Shown here piece by piece: positions 1-13,037 of a stretch of DNA of 64,000 nt. This stretch comes from Saccostrea echinata (lineage: Eukaryota): positions 62,062,001-62,126,000 of the forward strand of contig NW_026889803.1 in NCBI RefSeq assembly GCF_033153115.1, read 5' to 3'. Positions within the stretch are counted from its first letter, which is position 1, and every line of letters begins with the position of its first letter. The notes below the pieces were generated by a model. It had not been told where the DNA came from, made no database searches, and worked only from the letters and a program-made list of their open reading frames with translations. The translations under genes and the position numbers were made by a program.

Positions 1-407
1 AACAGCAGTGTTATAAATAGGTACTATTAAAGCAAGAGAGAATAATTGTATATGAAATTTAGTATACAATTATTTAATGTCTGATCAGTCAATAGATCAA
101 ATATTTTCCCAAGGTGCTGTGAACAGGTCAATGTGTTCTATTGCCCGAGGCCAACGGCCTATAATGTGAAAAAATTCAACTTTAAATTGAAAATTAATAA
201 ACGGCAATAGAAAGATAGTTAAGATAATTACAAAAAAATCTTTTGTTTTTTCACTTTAATTTAATTATCATTAAACAATATTTGATTATAAATTAAAGCA
301 TATATAAGTCCTTTCAATTGTACAAGGTAAAAGTCATACAAGTTATTTAGTTACAAAACATTTATATTTTTAAATTATTATTATTTTACACAGATCACCA
401 TATACAG

Positions 408-411
<4 letters not shown>

Positions 412-487
<76 letters not shown>
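412..487. repeat. (TA)n microsatellite
   Basis: Uninterrupted TA run of about 38 units, followed by degenerate TATG/TA sequence to ~580. Confidence 0.97.
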
Positions 488-491
<4 letters not shown>

Positions 492-1619
492 TGATCTGTG
501 TAAAATATATATATATAATGTATGTATTTATGTATGTATGTAAACTATGTATGTATATATATATTTATATATATATATATAACCAACTCTCTTTGCAGCA
601 ATCACAGTATGTTTCTGTGTACGTTGATAATGCGTCAAAAATGAGTGTTGTTGTGTTGAAAAATTCGGATTTTACTGGGATAATGATGGGAACATGAGTA
701 CGCCCTACGCAAGTTATAAAACGTGTCAATCTTCAAAAGTATGTGTGCGTGCGTCAATGTGACAGTTATCCCGTCATATCGTGGGCATCCCCAGCCCTCA
801 ATAGCGTCATGTTACACCTACTCGACAAGAAAAAAAAACTCCTTTAAAATTCTGAGATTTACTTGTTGTTTTTTTTCATACCATTTAATTTATTGTATGT
901 ATTGTTTGAATTTTAATGTATGTGTACTTGCTCACAATGATATTTTTTATTGTAATTATAATTTGTTACCAGTTTTTGTTTCTTAAAAAATAAAGTTGTT
1001 TATAAAAAAGGCATGGTGTGAGGTCTTTAAACTTTGGATCTTCATTCATATATTTAGCAATTCATTATGTTTTCAACTGATTCTAAAACGTCTCTTGAAA
1101 GATGGGCAAATAAAGTGAGAAAATTGACTTTGGTTTGATAAAGAAGTGAATAATTTTTCTCCAATCAAGAAAGGACATAAAAACTTCAATTCACTTTCTG
1201 ATACCCTGGATCTTTGTCACGTGATAATGCCGATGATATATATCACAAAAAAATGTGAAGCGCAGAAAAAAGTTCATCATGTCATTTGCAACTGTATTGT
1301 ATTCAAAACAAATTTCACTTCTTAAACTTTTTACATTAGGCACTAATTAATATCCGGAAACTTAATACGTTTTGGTTTTTTTTTATGTCTTTCGCACACC
1401 CATGTTGTGGAGTAGTCTATCAATTAGGAATTGAAGCAATAAAAAAAAACGTACATGTATTATTTTCCCGTGTGCACATTCTAACACAACCGAAAATAAA
1501 TCGGCCTCTCCTGCAGTCTCTAATGAACTTTTCTTTAATTCATGTATATCAGTTATCATCATTTGAAAATCATTACAATATGACATTAGGCTTTTTAGGA
1601 TAAAATCATTCATCTAGAA

Positions 1620-1960
1620 AGCACCATGCACAAACCAAAATAGTCAAAATTGACCATTGTGCACACAACAAAATAGTCAAAATTGACAATTGCGCAAACA
1701 CCAAAATAGTCAAAACTGCCCATTGTGTACACACCAAAATGGTCAAAATTGACCATAGTGCATACACCAAAATAGTCGTAATTGACCTTTTTGCACACAT
1801 CGAAATAGTCAAACTTGACCATTATATACACACACCAAAATAGTCAAAATTGTGTACCAGGTACACACCAAAATAGTCAAAATTGACCACTGTGTACACA
1901 CTAAAATAGTCAAAATTTTGCACGTACCAAAATAGTCAAAATTGACCACTGTGCACACAA
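1620..1960. repeat. 33-bp minisatellite, about 10 copies
   Basis: Unit approx CACCAAAATAGTCAAAATTGACCATTGTGCACA; caaaatagtc recurs at 1636, 1669, 1703 and onward. Confidence 0.93.
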
Positions 1961-2399
1961 CTGTTCTGTGCATGGGTTCATTTTATGAAAGTATATTTTC
2001 TAAATATAAGTCTAGATTTTTCGTTCAACTAAAAATAGGAAGTGAGGACCCACAATTTTTTTTAAAGTGTACCGGTATGTACAATGTGACTTTTAAAAAA
2101 ACATATCTTTCTTGAGAATATTTGAAATCCCGTTATTAGAGTGTTGTGTATCACAAAGAAATATTCAAATGCCATCCCTTGTTACGATATTTAAATAGTG
2201 TCAGTCTGATTAACTGATGATCAAGGGTTATGTCGTGTGAGTTTGACCCTCATACAAACCTCTAACACATTATATTTCCTTTTACCAAAGTTTGATTTTG
2301 CAAACAGATATTTTCGATACCCTGAAAGAAAATAAAAATTTTGGTTTGGTTTGAACATATTTTATTGAATAAATTTCACAGATATGGTTCGAACACCAG

Positions 2400-3355
2400 T
2401 CTTTACTTTGTCTTTGTCACAATTGCAAAATTATTTTGTTAAAAACATTCTCTTTGTTCACACAAATACTCCAAACTTGATTTTAAAAAGATGTTTGAGT
2501 TTCGCATTGACAATATCAATGTACTTTTTGGAGTTCAAGTCTTCCAATAATCTGCTGGTATTCCGTTGGGTACTAGACCCATTTTTGTATTCACATGAAG
2601 CAGAAATTATTCGAAAACTTCTATATGAAAAGAAAGGGTCTCTTGCAACACTAAGATAAATCGACGACGTTTTAGCTATTAACAATATTCATTTTTATTC
2701 CTACTTTGCTTTGATATAGTCATTTGAACTCGAAATAAAGGATACCAAAGAGTCTGACACATGTGTTTCATATTTGGATATTTTACTAGAAAAAGACGTT
2801 AATGGTAACCTAACAACCTAACAACAAAACTTTATGATAAACGTGATGACGTCAACTTTTCTATCGTCGACTTCCCTTATTTATGTAGAAATATACCTTC
2901 ATCACCTACATATGGAGTTTATGTCTCCCATTTGATTCAATGCTCAAGAGAATGTTCTACGTACGAACAATATCTGAAACAAGGCAAGCATTGACAAATA
3001 GGTTGATGAAACAATGAGATATGAACAGTCTCGTTTAAAGTTAACATTTCGCAAATTGTATGGTCAATACAATGACCTAGTCAACAAATTACAATCTATT
3101 ATTAAGTCGAATGTTGACTGGCGTTTTTCATCACATTGTTCGACCATTATTTTCTCACTGATTTTTCTACTTATCTTTCCGTTTATGACAGGAGCATACG
3201 GCGGGTGTGACCGGTCGACTGGGGATGCTTACTCCTCAATCACCTTATCCAACATCTGATTTTTTTTTGAGGTCCGTGTTTGCTCTGCTCCAAAACTTGT
3301 ATTGTTTAAATGGACTTTCGAGCTTGATTACTATATTCGTTATCTTCATAATTTC
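2400..3355 (+). mobile_element. Decayed Penelope-like retroelement (RT C-terminal half plus conserved 3' tail)
   Basis: Broken frames read IDDVL, LYDKRDD, NIPSSP.YGVY and FRKLYGQYNDL. Homologous to 11740-12460. Ends in the tail GGCGGGTGTGACCGGTCGAC...GAGGTCCGTGTTTGC. Confidence 0.8.
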
Positions 3356-3510
3356 ACCTTAAAGGGTTTTACTGTATACAAAATTTATACATCAAAATTT
3401 GATTTTTTATACAAACGATGTGAAATGTGAATTTGACGAAAGTGTCGGCATTTTAAACGCCTTGTTTTCTTTATATTTATTTTGGTAAAAAAAAAAAGCC
3501 ATTCAATCGT

Positions 3511-3712
3511 GTCTATTCATTTTTCTTTGATTAAAAATGTTTAATGATTTTTTTTCTAACGGCATTTCATATGAATGGTGTACAGTATGTAAAAAGAAAA
3601 AAGTACGTTTTTGTCTATTCATTTTTCTTTGATTAAAAATGTTTAATGATTTTTTTCTAACGGCATTCCATATGAATTGTGTACAGTATGTAAAAAGAAT
3701 AAAGCACGTTTT
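3511..3712. repeat. Tandem duplication of a ~102-bp unit
   Basis: gtctattcatttttctttgattaaaaatgtttaatg... occurs at ~3512 and ~3613 with near identity. Confidence 0.9.
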
Positions 3713-4769
3713 CCTTGTGGTTAAGCAGTGAGCAACAATTGATTTTCCACATAATGATACGGTTGAAACATGTTTACATAAATTCTGCATGTCAATGAGA
3801 GTTTATTTTGATTAATTTTTATTTTTTGCGTGAGGACATTTGTCAAAACTACTAGAATAGATCAATAGCTATGAAGTAAGTCGTTAAAATATCTGGAGAC
3901 CAGATGTGAATTCCATCGGAAGTTGAATAAAAGGCTGAAATAGTGTTGCACAGGAAAGTAGGCTAGGAAGGGAGTGTTAAAAAGGAACTACGGCTTAAAT
4001 GAATGATTGTCTGGGAAACATAAAAAGGGAACACTCAACAAAAAATAGCTATGTTCAATAGCTTATTGAAAATCTATTTCTTCCAGTTAATAAATTGAAC
4101 TAAGAAGAATGTTTTTATGATGGATCATTGTTGCGTAGTTTAAGCATATGCTGGAGACAATTAATTTCCTAAAAATAAGTCTCAATGTATCGAAAAAGAT
4201 CCGTATTCATTTTCGGATTTATTCGCTACATATTTGTAATACTGCCCTAATTTTTCAAGGGAAAGGGGGTAAAATATAATATTTGATCGATGAACGTATA
4301 ATTTAACGCAAGCATCCTTACAATGACAAAACTTTTCTAAAATCGACTTTTGAATTATCTTTTACTTTATATCATTTGATGGTAATAAACACCATGTCGT
4401 CTACAAATTTTAAAATTTACTTCTGGGTTCAGATTGCGGGCTTCAGGGTTGGGTGAAATCGATCATGATTGAAATGCACTTAATCTTTTCGTGTTTTCCT
4501 CTTTGCTTTAAAACAACAATTAATTTAAAACAATTAGATATAAAGTTTCCACGACGATCTAATGAATAAAATCTTTTCATAAAATTATAAAATTGTCCCC
4601 TGTGTCAAGGGTTTATGCCCCAGATTTACCTCATTATGGTCAGACTTAATTTCCTTTAATGTTTTAAAGAATTATGTGCACTTGGCAGGAAAATCATTTA
4701 CATACTTGTTTTAGTTTCTGATTCTTTTACCTTTACAACTTCCTATTGATTACTTTGTTTCCCAGTCAA

Positions 4770-4930
4770 TACAGAGGGCTCACAGAGGGCGTGACTGGTT
4801 GATAGAGGATGTTTACTCCTTCTAGGCACCTGATCTACCTGAGGTGTTTTCCAGCGTCTTTGTCCTGTTCTCGATATGTATTGTTTATAATACTTTTGAG
4901 ATTAATCAATGTTCGTTATCTTCTTTTCAT
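4770..4930 (+). mobile_element. Isolated 3' tail of the Penelope-like element
   Basis: gggcgtgactggttgatagaggatgtttactccttctaggcacctgat... matches the tail at 3200-3350. Confidence 0.72.
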
Positions 4931-6694
4931 TTTGATGAGGGTTTCCAGCCCTACGCTTATATCTTGATAACATGAAAAGAATTTATTATCACTAAATTTA
5001 AAAACTTTGCAGAACTGGGTTCTTTACTATGCTATACTTCACTATAGGATTGAATGTCTTATCTGGTATAGATAATATTTAACATGGGAAATACCTGTAC
5101 CATGCATTTCTGAACCATTTTGACAAATTCAACTACTGATTGACATTTTTAAAGAAGAGAGTAAATTTGACTTTGCAAACACATTCTTACTATGCTTAAA
5201 AAATACGATCCAAAACATAAAGGCGTACAGACATACTGATATTGAGATTTTTTTACCATTGGTTCTTACAGTGGAATCGCAGTCTTAAAAGTTTCACAAT
5301 ATTTGATGAAAATTGTACAGTCTTACTTTAGCTTTGCTAGTAGATATTGCTCTGAATTTTAGCGTTTGGCTTACTGCAATGAGGTGAAGATGTGTATTCT
5401 ACTGCAACAACAGCAACAACAAAAATTAACAAAAATGTCTGCGACACTTCAATTTGAACTCGAAACTTTTTGGGCACAGATGATTCTAGATTAGTGATAA
5501 AACTTTCAAAAAAAAAATATGAAAAAGAGAATTTTAGGGTGAACGCTCTCGTCAACGCTTAATCGAACATCATATAAACAAATAAGACAACGAGGTCCTA
5601 AAATAGTATACAGTGTTAAAGAACTCTACTTCAACACGTTTTAACTCGCTCGTATTGTAACACATAAACTTGTTTTTCTGTCTCTTCATAATAAAGTATT
5701 CCCTAGCAAATTCTACTCACTAAATACAAATATAACAGTCGTTCAAACTGTCGGTCATTAAACTTAGAACGATGATATCAAAAGATTTACTTAAAAAAAA
5801 ATAGAATGCTTTCTATGTATAAAGGATATAAAGGTTAAAATATTGCAGAAAAATACATAACCCTGTAACGGTAGATTATGCTATGTGGCTAATCGTTTCA
5901 CGCCATCAAACATGACAAAGAAAGACAACTTTTTTTTTTTTAAATTTTCAAAAAATATATTCGTATAAAATAAAGTGGGTGAAAGTACCCAATATAGTGT
6001 ATTATCCATCTGTTTGATAGATGGAAGAGTAATAAACAGTAATCTTTCACATGTTTCAATATTTAATGGCTTTTTTAAAATAATCAAAAGTATTGCAATT
6101 TTTGCACATAACAGCAATATTGGTTTGTTTTTCAGAAGAAATGATGGGAATAAAAAACATCCATAAAGATTAGGGGACAAAGTTTGGCCTATCTTCTTAT
6201 TACCTCTACTCTAAAATTGTATTATTATGAGACGAGGTAATGCCACATACACTCTAAAATGAGCATGAACATCTGAATAAAAATGATTTTATTGCATCCA
6301 AAATGTTATCCAGTTTATTTCACAACCTTTTTCTTCAAGGTCAAAAAAAAATTGAAGTACCAAAATTTAAGACAAGAGTTGTGTTCCTTTTCTATAATAG
6401 TTATGTACTCCAAATAATGCTTCTTCTATTTTTTTTTTTTTTTTTTTAGATTTTTTTAAATTACATTTATTATGTGCAATTCTAGAGTTTATTGATAACA
6501 AAAGAAATGCCATTCTGTTGCAATTAATTTGATAAATTGACTGGAATCTCTCTCACTCTCTGGTCACTGTTTCAGTATTTTTTGATACTTTTGATTTTTT
6601 TTTTTAGATATATCTCGTGTCAGTTATATAACTCACCAATATATATCGCAGCAATTAGATTTTAACCAGATCATTTTGAAGTTTAGGAAGAGAT

Positions 6695-7030
6695 GACATA
6701 CGCAACGTAGTTTGATTTTTATTGTCTTTTTCCCTGGAGTTGAAGAGTTCCAATACTTAAAGGAATTGTGTTCTACATTTGTATTTCTATATATGCTGTT
6801 GTACACTTCTTCTAAAACAAGTTTGGATAAACAAAACATCTAGAATATGTGTTTAGTAATTTTTGTGTATTTTTCTTTGAATTATACAAGAATTTTCATC
6901 AATGGATATCTTTTCAAAACCCCTGGTAATGCATGCTGATTTTTTGTCAACGAACATCTGATGGCACTATAATCTTAAATTAAGAATATCTTGAAAAATT
7001 ATCAGTAGGTAAGGTACGTTGCGTATGTCC
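6695..7030. mobile_element. Non-autonomous TIR element (Kolobok-like), left end eroded
   Basis: TIR GACATACGCAACGTA...TACGTTGCGTATGTCC followed by TTAA; highly similar to 26231-26567. Confidence 0.8.
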
Positions 7031-8169
7031 TTAATATCGTGTGTTTACTCATATTTTCCCTAGGTTGTCTCTCTTACTTTGCTAGCTGGAAACTGCTTGA
7101 ATATTTCTTAATATGATATTTGAGAAAAGAGCACACTGGAGGATCTAAAATCATTATACATTTTTGTTTTTGTTAATTTATATGTATTTGTATAACAGAA
7201 CAGAAATAGTAATACAATATATTACAAATGAAGCACAATACATTATCAACAAAGGGAAATATCAGATCAATGAAATTAAATGAGGGATTTTCTTTTTTCA
7301 AATCATTTCACAAAATTGCTCAGATAAATCGTTATTGATGAGTTGAAAATTTCTATTACCCACTGGTATTGATGTATAAATCACAAACAATATAAGCTCT
7401 TTGCGCCATAGAACATTTTATATAATGAGAACAAATGGGGAAGGGGGTTTATCAATTTATATGACGGGAATTAAAATATAAGAACCACACAATGTCAAGA
7501 AATAAAGAATTTAACATACGTAACAGATATTTTTCAATTTTGACAATTGAAATATTAGCTTGTTTCCATTCAACGTCAACTACAATAATATTACGAACAT
7601 GTCTTTTTGTGTTAATATCTAATGTACTAATATGTGAAAGAATATACTTGAAATCTATCTTCAGTGCCATACTGGGTAAAAAATTAAATCAGATTTGTTT
7701 TGTTAATGAAGAACCGATGTATGAATGTCAATCATCTTGAGCGGCCTGATAGATTTAAATTAAAATTGTGTAAAAATAGTCAATATTCTTACTATGTATT
7801 ATGGGTTTTTTAAATTGACTGCTGAGTTTGTGTACAGGTATATTATTGAATAAATAAACAATTAAGAATGGTAAAGTGTTGTTGATTTACCAGTAGATGA
7901 TTTATCTCATTGGCACCCCATAATAATCCATCATCTATGGTTGTAATACAATGAAAAGTGTTCCTGATTTTCTTTCTAAAAGTATCGATCACAGATTACT
8001 TTGTTTAAATCAAAGTTTCCATAAACTTCAATAAATTGATTCACTCTTGTTATCTATTCAATTAGTTAAGCTGTAAGTAACTACATTGGACCAATGAAAC
8101 AAAAAGTGGACCAATAGTTTTATTGTATTAAGCTTTCACAAGGAAAGGAAGCAGACGATCACGCGCAAG

Positions 8170-8214
8170 ATGATGAAGGTAAAAATGACTGGATCAGACC
8201 ATCTTGTTGTCCAC
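8170..8214 (+). CDS. Candidate alternative first coding exon (MMKVKMTGSDHLVVH) of the DCX-EMAP-like gene
   Basis: ATG, 15 open codons, then CAC|GTGAGT in phase 0. Short, so it could be chance. Confidence 0.25.
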
Positions 8215-9859
8215 GTGAGTACATTTTCATTATTATTTGGATTAAATCAATGGGAACAAAATTAATATTTTGCTATGTGTCTTTTACAATTGTGTGATGT
8301 CTTATGACAAATGGCATTTATGACAAACTTTCTACATTGTACATCAACCAGTTTAGAGATGAGTAAAATGTCTAAAATTTCTCACAAATTGATATCTAAA
8401 AATGTATTTTAAAAATCCATAGTTTCAAAGTCTTTATAAGCAAAAATGTTCATGGTTTATGAAATCACAATGTTCGAGTTTTGCAAACAGGAAAAAATGA
8501 AATGAAACCCGATTAAAAAACTTCTTATATTCACAAAGAAAACAAGTAATGATAAGCAAAATTACACTTAGAATATAAAATACGAGATTTTCAGGATTTT
8601 TCAATAGTACACATTCTCTTTTGTTATTTTTTTTACCTAATGAAGAAGTCCCTGAAATCGATATCCGTTTAAAACTGTAATTGTTGACAGCAAAGCATCA
8701 GATCACGCAAATGAAGTCATACACATTGGCGATGTATTCAAATACGATGAATCGCAAACTAAGTCTCCAACAAAATTAGCGAACAATACACGGAAATAAA
8801 AGTATGACGTACTCTGCTTCCATACCATGTACTATTGAAATCAAACTAGAACTAACGAATTGGTTGCATTTAGAAAGTCATCAAATATCAAGAATATATT
8901 TTTAAACTCATGCAAGCACTTACTATAGAAAGATATATCGGTGTTGGAGACATTTTAGCGGATTGACAGGACCCTTTGGCGAAAAAAATGGACATTTTAG
9001 CGGAAAATTTGTGGACATTTCTGTGGAAAAAATTTCTATATCATTTCAACGGAAATTTAAAGTTTATCGGATAGTAAGTAAATGTACTTATACCTCTTCC
9101 GTAGCCAGTCAAAGTTTATTGACCCCTGCCTCCAACGGGGAGGTGGAAGTATAGAACCAACCCTTTTTTTCAAATCGAAATCCGTCACAAATGATCACCT
9201 CTACTACTTCCATGCTGAAACTTTTGTTAGAGCTGGTCAAAGCTTTTCGCTGAAAATGCTGTCGGTAGAAATTATAGTACAGTTTTAAAAAATACGGGTG
9301 TAAATGCTTTAGCAAAAGAGCGACCAAGTAATAGCGATACTAAATATAAAGTAAACGATAAATTGTGAGACCGATGAAATACACAACTCATAACAGTATT
9401 TGCATTTAAGGTTCATCTAAAGGCATATTTGTGTTCGTAGAAACCAAATGTTCCTAACTGCTGTAGCCTGACAGTTACACCCCAGCAAACCATAGTTATG
9501 AAGTGACTAGAAAAATCTTTGACTGGTTTCTCTTCGCTTCTATCTTTTCTTAACACAGTGGCATAGGCTGTGACGTCATGGTTGAGCGGTTGAGACGTCA
9601 AAGCTTAGCAATTGTGAGATTGAAAACACTGTTACATGGATTTTAGCAATATTTACAGCTTTGGTTTCTATCAAGACGGCTTAGTTACTATCTCTATTTC
9701 ATAACAGGCCAGAATCATTTTTGCTTACTTTGATATCCTCTCACGCTGTGACAGAATATCATTTTGGTATCCCCTCACACTGTGAAAGCTAGAATCTCAC
9801 TTTTATTCAATAAATAAATCACAGTATTTCATTATTGAAAATGTAATAAACCTTATCAT

Positions 9860-10120
9860 TAAGCCGAATGCTGCTTGACATTTTTGTACTCATTGTTAGG
9901 CCATTACTTACACACTGAATTATCTTCGGATTTTTCCGTTTGCCCGATCATGTCGATGAGCACATGGCGGGTATGACAGGTCGACAGTGGATGCTTACTC
10001 CTCCATGGCATCTGATCCCACCTCTGATGCTTTTAGAGGTCCGTGTTTGCTTTGCTCCCGATTTGTATTGTTTCAATGGACTTTTGAGCTTGATTACTGT
10101 TCATTATCTCTATATTTCAT
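9860..10120 (+). mobile_element. Isolated 3' tail of the Penelope-like element
   Basis: ggcgggtatgacaggtcgacagtggatgcttactcctccatggcatctgatcccacctctgatgcttttagaggtccgtgtttgc matches the other copies. Confidence 0.8.
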
Positions 10121-11149
10121 TCAAACATCTTGTAAGTCGGCTACTTTGATAAAACAGACAATAATCTGACTCGATATTACTGAAAGTGAAAGTTTTTCAA
10201 TTTTGTATTATATAGATAACAAGAAAACATTGATGTAACCATCAATTGTCGCCCGGGAAATAAATAAAGTAAACAATGGAAATGAGTCTTGATCATCAAA
10301 CCGCTTCGATATGTGTGAAAAAGGCATGCGTCTAAATGATGGAGACGATAGTAGAGGATATTTTGAAAACTTATAGTCGGATGAAAATCGAACAAAAACG
10401 ATACCCTTTTAAACTTTATCAATTCCTCAAGTAAATGTTGGCTACATAAAATATAATTTGAAACCAGACACATGCATCACCTATTTTCAAAAATGTCTTT
10501 CACTTTAAGATTATAAAACACGAACTGTGTAAAGTAGTTTTTACGTTTTTATGCGATAAGTAAAATTCGATGTTCTAAAAAAAGGGACCTGTCGTTTTTT
10601 CGATAGTAAATGATAAGCAACTTTATATATTAAATATGAAAAACATATATATTTTTACAGATTCACTTTATGGAAGTAAATATATTGTGTATCTCGTAAT
10701 TTATAAAGGGAAAGAACATTCTGATTAACAATCTTTTTAATGTTTAGAAAACCTTTAATTCTGAATAACTTCTCCCACCTCAATCCCCATATACCAACAC
10801 TTAAACTTATATGTATAGAGCAGCCCGGTCCTCCGGGCTGCAATAATATTAGTACTAGTGCCTGTTATAAAAAAAAGTTTGAATGCAAGCTTGCACTTCA
10901 TAAACGTAAATGAAAGAATTTGAATATCATTTAGCCTCTGAATACTCGTGGATAAAAGCGCTAGATTTTTTTTTTAAAAATCATTTATTGCAAAGAGCAT
11001 TTTAATTCAATTTGTAAGTAAAATATCTCTTACTTTGACAACTGTTTAGTTATTTTTTTAACATGAAATTCAGTCAAACACAATATACAACCAAATCTGG
11101 CTCACGTGGAATTTTAGTAAAAATTTTCATGTGCAATTCCTTGAAGTGT

Positions 11150-12460
11150 TACTCTTTGGTTCCAGATGACAAAGCTTGTAACAATGTAGTCTTTGTTTGT
11201 AAGGTATTTTAGAACTCGGTTTTAATTTCACTTCTGGTAATCCAACCTATACTCACAGTTCCCTTTCAAAAGATGAAAATCTTCAGAATCACCTATCAGT
11301 ATATATACATTTAACATTCGAGTCAGCGGAGGCGAGTTTGATTTACCATACATATTCTAGATTCCAAAACTTCATAAAAATCCTAACAAACAAAGATATA
11401 TTGCAGAGCTCAGTAAATATTCAACCAAGCCCTTATCCTTACTCCTCACCAAAATATCAACTGCTGTAAAGGACAAACTTCAGGTGTATTGTGCTACAAC
11501 ATATTCAAGGAGTCGGTGTAAATGTAGATTCTAAAAAAAACTCCAAAGAACTTTTGGAAAATTTGAAATTTCAAAACTTTTCAAACATAAATAGCATCAA
11601 AACATATTAATTTTCTACTCTTTAAACATTCATTTCTCACGATAAATTAAAGAGCGGGGTTTTTACATCATAGACAATTGCTTCCTCAATAGAAATAGAA
11701 CTCATAGAAATTCATTTCTTGTAATTGGTCATCTACAAAATTACTTAATTAAAAATTATTCCGATTCTTCATAAAGTACTCTGAATTTGATATTAAAAGG
11801 ATGCTGGAGTTCCTCATTCACAATATCTATGTAGTCTTTGAAGACCAACTCTTACAATAAACTGTAGGAATCATGATGGGTACTAACTCTGCTCCTTTAT
11901 TAGCTGACCTGTTTTTATGTTCCTATGAAAAATAACTTATTGTTAAAAAAAACTTTAAAAAAACTTCTACATAAGACGAAAACTCTTGTTTTGGCCTTCA
12001 ACTCAACATTTAGATATATCGACGACATTTTATCAATTACTAGTAACAATATTTACTTTCATTTATATGTCGACTTGATATATCCCAGTGAACTCGTAAT
12101 TAAAGACACCTCAGAGTCTGCCACATCTGTTTCATATTTGGATGTTTTACTGACTAGAGATGATAATTGCCATCTATTAACTAAACTGTATAACAAACAG
12201 GATGACTTCAGCTTTTCCAATGTAAACTTTCCTATTGTATTTAGTAATATTCCAACATCACCTGCATATGTTGTTTATGCCTCTCGGCTGATTCGATAGG
12301 CAAGAGCATGCTCTGAGTACGATCAATTTTTAAAGAGAGGCAAGCTACCACAAATAGTTGATGCAACAAGGATTACAACAACATCGATCAAAGTCTTACT
12401 TTTTACAAATAATGACCTTGTTTGTAAATACAGCCTATCACTGGGTCGTATTTTGTCTGT
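11150..12460 (+). mobile_element. Decayed Penelope-like reverse transcriptase
   Basis: Motifs DKACNNVVFVC, IPKLHKNP, MGTNSAPLLADLFL, FRYIDDILSI, KLYNKQDDF and SNIPTSPAY; frameshifts and stops throughout. Confidence 0.85.
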
Positions 12461-13037
12461 CATGAAATATGCAGATATCGAACAGTAATCAAGCTCAAAA
12501 GTCCATTGAAACAAAACATATTAGGAGCAGAGCAAACATGGACCTCTAAAAACATCAGAGGTGGGATCAGGTGCCATGGAGGAGAAAGCATCCCCTGTCG
12601 ACCGGTCACACCCGCCGTGTGCTACTTGTCATGATCGGACAAACGAAAAATTTGTAGACAAATTCAGTGTTTAAATAATTGTCTAACAATTTGAATGATA
12701 AACGTCAGACAGCATTCGACTTAATGATAGATTGTATTTGCTGACAAGATAATTGTATCGACCATAGAATTTGCGAAATGATGACTTTGAACGACACTGT
12801 TGAAATCCTTGCTGACATTCTTGTTTCATCAACTTATTTACCAATAGCTTGCCTCGTTTTAGAAATTGTTCGTATGTGGAGCATGCTCTTGAGTATCGAA
12901 ACAACTGGGAGATATAAACCTCATATGCAGGTGATTAAGGGTATACTGCTACATAAGTAAGGGAAATTGACGATAGAAAAGTTGGAAGTTATCACGTTTA
13001 TCATAGAATTTTGTTGTTAAGTTACAATTAACGTCTT
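12461..13037 (-). mobile_element. Inverted 3' portion of the same Penelope-like element, tail-to-tail with the + copy
   Basis: Minus-strand ORF RYSRACSTYEQFLKRG...FRKFYGRYNYLVSKY followed by the conserved tail. Confidence 0.85.

Noticed and set aside
1620-1960. CRISPR-like array, or membrane-protein ORFs at 1606-1831
   Set aside because: Units are head-to-tail with no unique spacers and no cas genes; the ORFs are translations of the repeat.
2205-2260. Hammerhead ribozyme at CTGATGA upstream of the retroelement
   Set aside because: No stem II followed by GAAA at a suitable distance.
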